This document shows, in pieces, positions 1 to 6,307 of a stretch of DNA of 14,073 nucleotides. The first letter of the stretch is position 1; every line of letters begins with the position of its first letter. The translations under genes and the position numbers were made by a program. Origin of the DNA: an uncultured Saprospiraceae bacterium (GTDB taxonomy: Bacteria; Bacteroidota; Bacteroidia; Chitinophagales; Saprospiraceae); contig CAZMKA010000055.1 in assembly GCA_964566605.1 (NCBI GenBank), positions 1-14,073 on the forward strand, given 5' to 3'. The notes under the pieces are model-generated. The model was not told where the DNA came from, did not search any database, and worked only from the letters and a program-made list of their open reading frames with translations.

Positions 1-590
1 TTGTTGGGGCTGAGTCATATATTGGTTTGGTTGAAGTGGGAGTTGGTTTAATTCCTGGAGGAGGTGGAACCAAAGAGTTTGCATTGCGTGCAAGTGATTC
101 ATTCTTTGAAGGAGATGTTATGATTCCTACGCTTATTGATCGATTCAGAACAATAGCAATGGCTGCTGTTGCAACAAGCGGAACAGAAGCATATGACAAA
201 GGATATTTAATAGAGGGAAGAGATCGAATTGTGACGAATATTTCAAGGAATATCTATGAAGCTAAGAAGGAAGTATTGCACCTTTCGGATGGATATGTAG
301 CGCCAGTGATGCGAAAAGATATTACGGTATTAGGTAGAGGAGGAATGGCAGCTTTATATGCTGCAGCTCATAGTTTGAAATTGGGTAAATACGCATCTGA
401 ACACGACATCAAGATTGCACAGAAAGTTGCGCATGTCTTATGTGGTGGAGATCTTACTGGGACTCAAAAAGTGAGTGAGCAGTATTTACTTGATATTGAA
501 AGAGAAGCATTTGTAAGTCTTTGTGGAGAGCAGAAAACGCTTGAAAGAATACAGCATATGCTAGAGAAAAATAAACCTCTAAGAAATTAA
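1..590 (+). CDS. 3-hydroxyacyl-CoA dehydrogenase/enoyl-CoA hydratase family protein, C-terminal crotonase portion (5'-partial; the reading frame is open back to the window edge and TTG at 27 is only the ORF-finder start)
   Basis: Crotonase-fold signature GLIPGGGGT plus an enoyl-CoA hydratase-like C-terminal helix region (EQYLLDIEREAFVSLCGEQKTLERIQ). No in-frame stop between nt 3 and 590. Sits 12 nt upstream of a thiolase gene, which is the classic FadB/FadA operon arrangement. Confidence 0.8.
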   Translation, partial: VGAESYIGLVEVGVGLIPGGGGTKEFALRASDSFFEGDVMIPTLIDRFRTIAMAAVATSGTEAYDKGYLIEGRDRIVTNISRNIYEAKKEVLHLSDGYVAPVMRKDITVLGRGGMAALYAAAHSLKLGKYASEHDIKIAQKVAHVLCGGDLTGTQKVSEQYLLDIEREAFVSLCGEQKTLERIQHMLEKNKPLRN

Positions 591-602
591 AAAAGAAGAA
601 AA

Positions 603-1766
603 ATGTATATAGTAAAAGCATATAGATCCGCAGTAGGTAAAGCTAAAAAAGGATCATTTAAAAATTATAGGAGTGACGACTTAGCGGTGCGAGTGATACA
701 ATATATGATTGAACAAACACCCCAAGTTTCACCTGATATGATCGACGATGTGATTGTTGGTTGTGCGAATCCTGAAGGAGAGCAAGGACTACAGATGGGG
801 CGACACATTTCAGCAAGAGCATTGGGTAAAGTAGTTCCAGGTATGACGGTGAATAGATATTGTGCGTCGGGCCTAGAAACCATAAGTATTGCAGCGGGAA
901 AGATTGCAGCGGGAATGGGAGATATCTACATTGCAGGTGGAGCAGAAAGTATGTCAATGATTCCTATGACAGGTTACAAGCTTGCACCGAGTTATGAAAC
1001 GGCTGTTTCACAACCCAATTATCTTATAGGAATGGGATTAACAGCTGAAGCGGTTGCGAATAAGTATGAGGTTTCCAGAGCAGATCAAGATGAATTTGCA
1101 TTTCACTCACATAGAAAAGCAGGTCATGCAATAGAGAATGGATACTTTGATAAATCGATTGTTCCGGTTGATGTAACGGAAGTGTGGGTTCAAGATGGCG
1201 CGAGGAAAGAGAAGACTTTTACGATGAATAGAGATGAAGGAGTGAGAGCAGATACATCGTTGGAAGTACTAGGTAAACTGCGAGCAGTTTTCGCGCAAGG
1301 CGGAAGTGTTACAGCTGGTAATTCATCTCAAACATCGGACGGTGCAGCCTTCACGATGGTAGTAAGCGAGAAGATGGTAAAGGAATTGAATTTGGAGCCG
1401 ATTGCGAGAATGGTTACATGTACAGTAGGTGGAGTTGATCCATTGTATATGGGAATAGGGCCATGCGCTGCGATACCGAAAGCACTTAAGCGAGCGGGAT
1501 TGAAATTGAATGACATTGATCTTATCGAGTTGAATGAAGCATTTGCAAGTCAATCGCTTGCTGTAATCAGAACAGCGGGACTAGATCCTGAGAAAGTAAA
1601 TATTAATGGAGGAGCGATAGCACTTGGTCATCCACTAGGATGTACGGGAGCAAAGCTTACGACTCAATTACTTGATGATTTAGAAAGAACAGGCGGAAAA
1701 TATGGAATGGTCACAGCGTGTGTAGGAGGTGGTCAAGGAATAGCGGGAATTTTCGAGAAATTGTAA
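603..1766 (+). CDS. fadA: acetyl-CoA C-acyltransferase (3-ketoacyl-CoA thiolase)
   Basis: Full-length thiolase, 387 aa. Carries the N-terminal active-site Cys motif NRYCASGLETI, GNSSQTSDGAA, NEAFASQ, GHPLGCTGAKL and the C-terminal CVGGGQGIAGIFE. It is 12 nt downstream of the HAD/ECH gene. Confidence 0.95.
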   Translation: MYIVKAYRSAVGKAKKGSFKNYRSDDLAVRVIQYMIEQTPQVSPDMIDDVIVGCANPEGEQGLQMGRHISARALGKVVPGMTVNRYCASGLETISIAAGKIAAGMGDIYIAGGAESMSMIPMTGYKLAPSYETAVSQPNYLIGMGLTAEAVANKYEVSRADQDEFAFHSHRKAGHAIENGYFDKSIVPVDVTEVWVQDGARKEKTFTMNRDEGVRADTSLEVLGKLRAVFAQGGSVTAGNSSQTSDGAAFTMVVSEKMVKELNLEPIARMVTCTVGGVDPLYMGIGPCAAIPKALKRAGLKLNDIDLIELNEAFASQSLAVIRTAGLDPEKVNINGGAIALGHPLGCTGAKLTTQLLDDLERTGGKYGMVTACVGGGQGIAGIFEKL

Positions 1767-1978
1767 GTTATACCGATTCTGTTTCAGAATTAAAGAAGCA
1801 AATTATAATAGAGTTAAAGGGGGATGATTCAACTGAGTCATTCCCTTTTTTTATTGAATGAGATGGGATATAGAAAAGGGGTCAATCTATATAATTGAAA
1901 GAATGGTGAGAAAGAGGAAAAATGGGTAATTTTAGGGTGTCGGTGAAAAGGAGTTGACATACACTGAGATAGAAAGAA

Positions 1979-2818
1979 ATGATGAATTCAAAGTTATACA
2001 AAACAATAATAATTGGACATTTAATGATAAATGTACCAATCCTATTAATATGTTTTGGATTACCATTAATTGCATTTAATGTTATTGAAAACACTGCATT
2101 AAAAATCCTATTTTCAATAGCAGGATTCACTTTAGGAATCAGTATTTCATGGTTTCTTTGGGGTGTATTAGTTACAAAATGGAGACTATGGGCATTTAAC
2201 CAAGTAAAGGAAGATGATTGGCATAAACTCAAGGAACTTGCTATTGTAAACAAACTAATTTGGGATGACGGAAGCGAATTTGAATCGAGAGAAATAAGGA
2301 CTAATAGTGAAAATGAACAAATTATAGAAATAGCTGAAAGAATAAATCAACAAGAGCAAATAGTTGATATAAAACTTGACTTGAAGACCCCAAAAGAACT
2401 CAGATTTAAATTTAATAAGAAAGAAATAATAGCTGAATCAATTTCAAAAATTGTAGTCTTAGTTGTGGTCGTTGGATTGTTTCTCACAAATCAGATTATC
2501 ATGGGACTTATCTTACTAGGAATTATCTTATTGATGGGAGATAGCTATAAACTGGTAAAACATGCTTTTAATACTAAAGATTATTTGATAATAAACGATA
2601 GGGGAGTGAGATTACACTATCCAGAAGATCAATTTATATCATGGGAAGATATAGATAAAGTGGCCATTAATGTTGAGCAACGAAAGATGATTTTTATTAA
2701 GATAGAAAACGATAAAGTTTCTACAATTGATTGTGAATTATGGCGCTTTAATATCAAGGATTATCGTAAATTTCGTAAACAGGTTAAAGTATTCATTGAT
2801 AGATTTATTTATGAGTAA
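1979..2818 (+). CDS. hypothetical integral membrane protein built as (2 TM helices + soluble segment) x2, possibly YdbS/YdbT-like bacterial PH domains
   Basis: 279-aa ORF in a very AT-rich stretch. Hydrophobic helix pairs lie at about aa 10-35/40-65 and 155-185. The C-terminal segment (YLIINDRGVRLHYPEDQFISWEDIDKVAINVEQRKMIFIKIEND) resembles bPH_2 (DUF304) topology. No catalytic motifs recognised. Confidence 0.55.
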   Translation: MMNSKLYKTIIIGHLMINVPILLICFGLPLIAFNVIENTALKILFSIAGFTLGISISWFLWGVLVTKWRLWAFNQVKEDDWHKLKELAIVNKLIWDDGSEFESREIRTNSENEQIIEIAERINQQEQIVDIKLDLKTPKELRFKFNKKEIIAESISKIVVLVVVVGLFLTNQIIMGLILLGIILLMGDSYKLVKHAFNTKDYLIINDRGVRLHYPEDQFISWEDIDKVAINVEQRKMIFIKIENDKVSTIDCELWRFNIKDYRKFRKQVKVFIDRFIYE

Positions 2819-2908
2819 AAAGAGAGTGGTAGTTTCTGTAAATGACAACGATGGTTTTAGTCGATGTTGAATAATACAGCTTACTGGGAAATGCAAAAGT
2901 ACAATAGA

Positions 2909-2965
2909 GCTACGATACATAGAAAAAGATAATCCGTCCAAGGGGCTTTAGCCCCTTGTCTTCAC
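2909..2965. repeat. copy 1 of a ~56-nt repeat element (GCTnnnATACAT...AAAGAT.AT.CGTCCAAGGGGCTTTAGCCCCTTGTCTTCAC) with an internal GC-rich hairpin (stem CAAGGGGCT/AGCCCCTTG, 2939-2958)
   Basis: About 80% identical to 6064-6119 (copy 2) in the same orientation, with a perfect 9-bp stem and 2-nt loop. The repeat abuts the truncated 5' end of a VOC gene remnant. Confidence 0.7.
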
Positions 2966-3056
2966 AACAGTTTGGACTTCTCAATCCAATGCAAAAATTG
3001 CATGGTTTAATGATCCAGATGGCAATTTACTTTCATTAACTGAAGTTGAAACTTAA
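2952..3056 (+). pseudogene. 5'-truncated remnant of a VOC/glyoxalase-family gene (C-terminal ~34 codons only, no start codon)
   Basis: The open frame after the stop at 2949-2951 encodes ...TVWTSQSNAKIAWFNDPDGNLLSLTEVET*. The (W)FxDPDGNxxxL(x)E ending is typical of glyoxalase/bleomycin-resistance/VOC C-termini. There is no in-frame ATG/GTG/TTG, and the frame begins inside the hairpin repeat. Confidence 0.5.
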
Positions 3057-3099
3057 TTTTTGCTTACTTTAGAATTTTATTAAATGGCAAGAAATAGCA

Positions 3100-3465
3100 A
3101 TGAATAGACTATTAGTAAATATTTGTTCAGACAAGTTGTTAGAAAGTAAAGATTTCTATATCACGCTTTTTGATTTGCGAGTGGAATACGACAGTGAATG
3201 GTTTGTGCATTTGGTTTCAAGCGATAAAAAATTGGAACTAGGAATTATTGATAGGACAAATCAAATTATTCCTAAAGCGTATCAAAGATCACCTCAAGGG
3301 TTCTATATTACTTTTGTTGTAGACAGTGCAGATGAAATTCACGAAATTGCGAAAAATGCTAATTTTGAAATTGTAGAAGAGCCAAATGATACATTTTATG
3401 GTCAAAGAAGGTTGCTTCTCAAAGACCCAAATGGAACCTTAGTTGATGTTTCTTCTTTATTTTAG
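3100..3465 (+). CDS. VOC (glyoxalase/bleomycin resistance/dioxygenase) family protein, single domain
   Basis: 121 aa with C-terminal YGQRRLLLKDPNGTLVDV, the characteristic VOC beta-strand motif, and overall length matching a single VOC module. Confidence 0.75.
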   Translation: MNRLLVNICSDKLLESKDFYITLFDLRVEYDSEWFVHLVSSDKKLELGIIDRTNQIIPKAYQRSPQGFYITFVVDSADEIHEIAKNANFEIVEEPNDTFYGQRRLLLKDPNGTLVDVSSLF

Positions 3466-3470
3466 ATTAA

Positions 3471-3638
3471 TTACTTGATAAAGAAGGACTTACACAAGAG
3501 CAGTTAGCAAACAAGTGTGGAACAACGAAAAGCTATATATCTAGAATTGAAAATAATGCATCTGATATAAGACTTTCAATGATAATTAGAGTTTTCAAAC
3601 TAGGATTTGGGAAAGACCTTCGACTCACTTTTAAGTAA
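3471..3638 (+). pseudogene. N-terminally truncated XRE-family helix-turn-helix regulator remnant
   Basis: The frame reads LLDKEGLTQEQLANKCGTTKSYISRIENNASDIRLSMIIRVFKLGFGKDLRLTFK*. This is the HTH_XRE core (GLTQEQLA...G.S...ISRIE), but the first ~10 residues and any in-frame start codon are missing. The frame opens directly after the VOC stop codon in a different frame. Confidence 0.55.
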
Positions 3639-3832
3639 GTACAATTAACAGGCTTAAGGATTTCCTTAACAATGCAGTATAATATTTGACGTACAGAATA
3701 TTTTTAAAACTCGATTGTGATTTCTACATATTAAACGATTTAACACTTTACCCTTCCTAGTGTAACGCTTTTTTCATATCTTCATTTATCAAAACCTTTG
3801 GGGCAAACCCAAAAAACTAAAAATGTAACTAT

Positions 3833-4600
3833 ATGAAAACCTTTAGCTTCTTGCTCCTTTTCACTATCCTTCTATTCTCTTCTTGTCAACCAGACTTTTT
3901 AAAAGTTGATGTACTGGTCTATAATAATGAACTCCAAAATGAGCTGATGTCGGTCAATACGATAGTTGTTGATGGAGATTCTATTGCTCTTGATTCGGTC
4001 AATCTTTTTACGGTTATGAAATTGAGTAAAGGGGAACATACTTTCAGCACAAACGGCGTATTTCCCGATGTTATAAATATAACAGGAGATGGAGTTATTA
4101 CTTCAGGAGATATAGGTTATTTTAATTATCCAGTTGAATATAAAGCTGAAGATGTCAATTCCAGAAAAGATAACTTTAGTATCAATATTTCCATTACTGG
4201 TCCAGTTGTAGTTTCCGATTCAATTGTTGTTTATTTGAATAAAGAATTTGATTCGCAAGACGCTTTGAAAGCCCGCTTACAAAGTATGCTTAAAAAGGAC
4301 GAAGAGGGGAATTATGTGAGCAAACGATTAGTTGCTAACTTTCCTAATTCTTTGAGGGAATTAACGCAAAAGGATAATTTTATTAAAAAACAATGGGATT
4401 ATACTCCTGATAATGTTCCTGAGGAGATCACTTTATATGATACGAATAGTAGCACAAAAAGGATGATGGTTCCTGGAAATCTATTAAGAGTTTATACAAT
4501 ATTCGATGAAGATGTGACCGCTGCTGTTATTCAAGATGAAGAAACTAAGCAAGTTATAGAAGAATATCTTGAATTGAAAAAATCATTATCGAAGAAGTAG
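3833..4600 (+). CDS. hypothetical lipoprotein
   Basis: Signal peptide with lipobox (MKTFSFLLLFTILLFSSC-QPD), 255 aa, no recognisable catalytic motif, highly charged C-terminus. Confidence 0.7.
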   Translation: MKTFSFLLLFTILLFSSCQPDFLKVDVLVYNNELQNELMSVNTIVVDGDSIALDSVNLFTVMKLSKGEHTFSTNGVFPDVINITGDGVITSGDIGYFNYPVEYKAEDVNSRKDNFSINISITGPVVVSDSIVVYLNKEFDSQDALKARLQSMLKKDEEGNYVSKRLVANFPNSLRELTQKDNFIKKQWDYTPDNVPEEITLYDTNSSTKRMMVPGNLLRVYTIFDEDVTAAVIQDEETKQVIEEYLELKKSLSKK

Positions 4601-4684
4601 CTTTCGAAGCCTTTGAATTAGTAAAGTCATAACTGATTTTTAAATGTAAAATAAGAGTTATTATTTGTTTAGAAACTAAAATCT

Positions 4685-5182
4685 ATGTATTTTCGTTCAT
4701 ATAATAAATGCAATTATCATATGATGGAAAATAAAGGTAAAGAGTATACAAGATATTATAGCGATTTTAATAATGCACTGGGTACGAGTTATGTAAGTGA
4801 TTATGTAGAAAGTCCCTTGAGTTATTATAAATTAGCTGAAAAAGGAATTGAAGCTTCAGCAGTTAATAATTTCAGGGAGTATTTCGATGTTTCTCAAGAA
4901 GATACAGCTGTTATGATGCATGTTTCTTCGCCTACTTTGTATCGATGGATAAAGACTAATAAGACTTTGGAAAAGTATTATTCGGTGCTCATTCTTGAGT
5001 TAACGAATCTGTTTTTATACGGAGTTAGTGTTTTTGAAAGTAAAGAAAATTTTAAGAAGTGGTTGTTTTTACCGAATTCCGCTTTAGGCAATATGTTTCC
5101 TCAAGAATTATTGGAGTTTCCTGGCGGGATATCGAAAGTTAGAGACTTACTTGGTCGTATCGAGTATGGCATTTATAGTTAG
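4685..5182 (+). CDS. Xre/MbcA/ParS-like antitoxin (DUF2384 toxin-binding domain) of a RES-Xre toxin-antitoxin pair; the true start may be ATG 4721
   Basis: The C-terminus WLFLPNSALGNMFPQELLEFPGGISKVRDLLGRIEYGIYS matches the DUF2384 consensus (W..xPNxALGGxxPlELLxTxxGxxxVxxLLxRIExGxY). It sits 5 nt upstream of a RES-domain gene. Confidence 0.8.
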   Translation: MYFRSYNKCNYHMMENKGKEYTRYYSDFNNALGTSYVSDYVESPLSYYKLAEKGIEASAVNNFREYFDVSQEDTAVMMHVSSPTLYRWIKTNKTLEKYYSVLILELTNLFLYGVSVFESKENFKKWLFLPNSALGNMFPQELLEFPGGISKVRDLLGRIEYGIYS

Positions 5183-5187
5183 ATGTA

Positions 5188-5640
5188 ATGCTAGTTTATA
5201 GAATAACTTCGAGTACTTATGCTAGTGATATTTCAGGAACCGGTGCGGCAATGTTTGGCGGGCGTTGGAATAAAAAGGGTATGCCTGTTCTATACACTGG
5301 AGAAAGTAAGGAGATCGCTTTACTTGAAACAATAGTAAATACGCCACCCATGCTCATCCCTCAACTCGATATTCTTACCCTTAAAATCCCCAATTCCTAC
5401 ACTGAATTTACTTTGGATTCATTACCTGAAAACTGGTCTGATTATCCAGCACCTACAATATTATCAGAACTTGCAAGTGAATGGGCAAAGGAATGCAAAA
5501 CCATTGCGCTTAAAGTGCCTAGTTGCGTTATCCACAGCTCAAGTAATTATATTCTTAACTGCAGGCATCCACAATTTCATAAGAAGGTTAGGATCATTGA
5601 TCAGCAAGCTTTTCACTTTGATACACGATTGTCTCGTTAG
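5188..5640 (+). CDS. RES-domain toxin (NAD+-targeting ParT/MbcT-like)
   Basis: 150 aa with LVYRI..., GTGAAMFGGRWNKKGMPVLYTGESKEIALLETIVN (conserved Arg and Glu) and ALKVPSCVIHSSSNYILN (conserved Ser). Classic antitoxin-then-toxin bicistron. Confidence 0.85.
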   Translation: MLVYRITSSTYASDISGTGAAMFGGRWNKKGMPVLYTGESKEIALLETIVNTPPMLIPQLDILTLKIPNSYTEFTLDSLPENWSDYPAPTILSELASEWAKECKTIALKVPSCVIHSSSNYILNCRHPQFHKKVRIIDQQAFHFDTRLSR

Positions 5641-5641
5641 G

Positions 5642-5666
5642 CTATTTTGGGTTGAACCCAAAATAG
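5642..5666. terminator. perfect 12-bp-stem hairpin (CTATTTTGGGTT-G-AACCCAAAATAG) immediately after the RES toxin stop; member of the TTTGGG..CCCAAA palindrome family; putative bidirectional terminator
   Basis: Seen directly in the sequence. Followed by an A-rich run and then T8 (5690-5697). Confidence 0.5.
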
Positions 5667-5727
5667 AAAAAATCAAAATTGAAAACGCATTTTTTTTACT
5701 AACTTAGTAAAGTATAAAATAACAGTC

Positions 5728-6015
5728 ATGTCATCAGAAGAAAGAATTTTAACCTTACATCCAAAAGGAAAAAAGGGAGTAAATATTTTAGTCTCGAAAT
5801 ACAATCTGGCTAAAGATTTTATCTTAGCTAAAATCAAAGAGCATGGAGATATTGCTTACGAAGATCTGAATGATCTTTCAGAAAAAGAACTAGGACCTAC
5901 GTTTGATGGCAAAATAGGATGGTATATTGTTTCGGTGAAATTGGATCTTGAAGCACGGGGAATTATCGAAAGGATTCCCAAGGTAAGTCCGCACAGAGTG
6001 AGGATGAAGGAGTGA
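5728..6015 (+). CDS. hypothetical small cytoplasmic protein (95 aa)
   Basis: Clean ORF with ATG start and coding-like composition, no TM segments, no motif I can name. Confidence 0.55.
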   Translation: MSSEERILTLHPKGKKGVNILVSKYNLAKDFILAKIKEHGDIAYEDLNDLSEKELGPTFDGKIGWYIVSVKLDLEARGIIERIPKVSPHRVRMKE

Positions 6016-6063
6016 GTAAGGAAATATTTCATTCAGAATCACACTTCACAAAAGTGGCAAAGA

Positions 6064-6119
6064 GCTTTCATACATCTTAAAGATTATACGTCCAAGGTGC
6101 TTCAGCCCCTTGTCATCAC
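6064..6119. repeat. copy 2 of the ~56-nt hairpin repeat element (hairpin CAAGGTGCT-TC-AGCCCCTTG at 6093-6112, one stem mismatch)
   Basis: Direct repeat of 2909-2965; see copy 1. Confidence 0.7.
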
Positions 6120-6176
6120 TTTAAGATTTCACTCGTAATTTCAAGGCACTAAAGTATCTTGGAGCGACCTATTCGC

Positions 6177-6223
6177 CACACACACACACACACATTCTCT
6201 CTTTCTATCTCTCACACACACAC
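6177..6223. repeat. dinucleotide microsatellite: (CA)9, a CT-rich tract, then (CA)5
   Basis: ccacacacacacacacacattctctctttctatctctcacacacacac, read directly from the sequence. Intergenic, between the convergent 5728..6015 gene and the flotillin gene. Confidence 0.9.
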
Positions 6224-6242
6224 TTTTGGGTCCAACCCAAAA
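6224..6242. repeat. TTTTGGGT-CCA-ACCCAAAA hairpin (member of the palindrome family), downstream of the flotillin gene
   Basis: 8-bp perfect stem with 3-nt loop, flanked by an A/T run (taaaaata). Candidate terminator for the minus-strand floT operon. Confidence 0.5.
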
Positions 6243-6307
6243 TAAAAATAGGCTAACTCAACTATTTCTAGAGAGTTAACCTATCTTTTAATCGTTACAA
6301 CTAATTA

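Noticed and set aside
658-1553. Four minus-strand ORFs (658..957, 665..883, 1323..1553, 1328..1516) inside the thiolase gene
   Set aside because: They lie entirely antisense to a strongly supported thiolase CDS. Their translations are low-complexity with no motifs. They are typical shadow ORFs.
1783-1795. Rho-independent terminator after fadA (TTCTG-TTT-CAGAA)
   Set aside because: It has only a 5-bp AT-rich stem without a following T-run, which is too weak to call.
1882-2253. Minus-strand 123-aa ORF overlapping the start of the membrane-protein gene
   Set aside because: It is antisense to a more convincing, longer + strand ORF with clear TM helices. In AT-rich DNA such shadow frames stay open by chance.
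2738-2941. Minus-strand 67-aa ORF spanning the end of gene 1979..2818 and the repeat element
   Set aside because: It overlaps the 3' end of a better ORF and the hairpin repeat, and has no coding features.
5471-5707. + strand 78-aa ORF overlapping the 3' end of the RES toxin gene
   Set aside because: It is in an alternative frame of a well-supported RES CDS and runs through the terminator hairpin, so it is likely spurious.
6160-6181. Possible tRNA or tRNA fragment (…ggagcgacctattcgcc…), considered as an integration target
   Set aside because: No cloverleaf can be drawn. There is no GTTCGAATC-type T-arm or CCA-adjacent acceptor complementarity.
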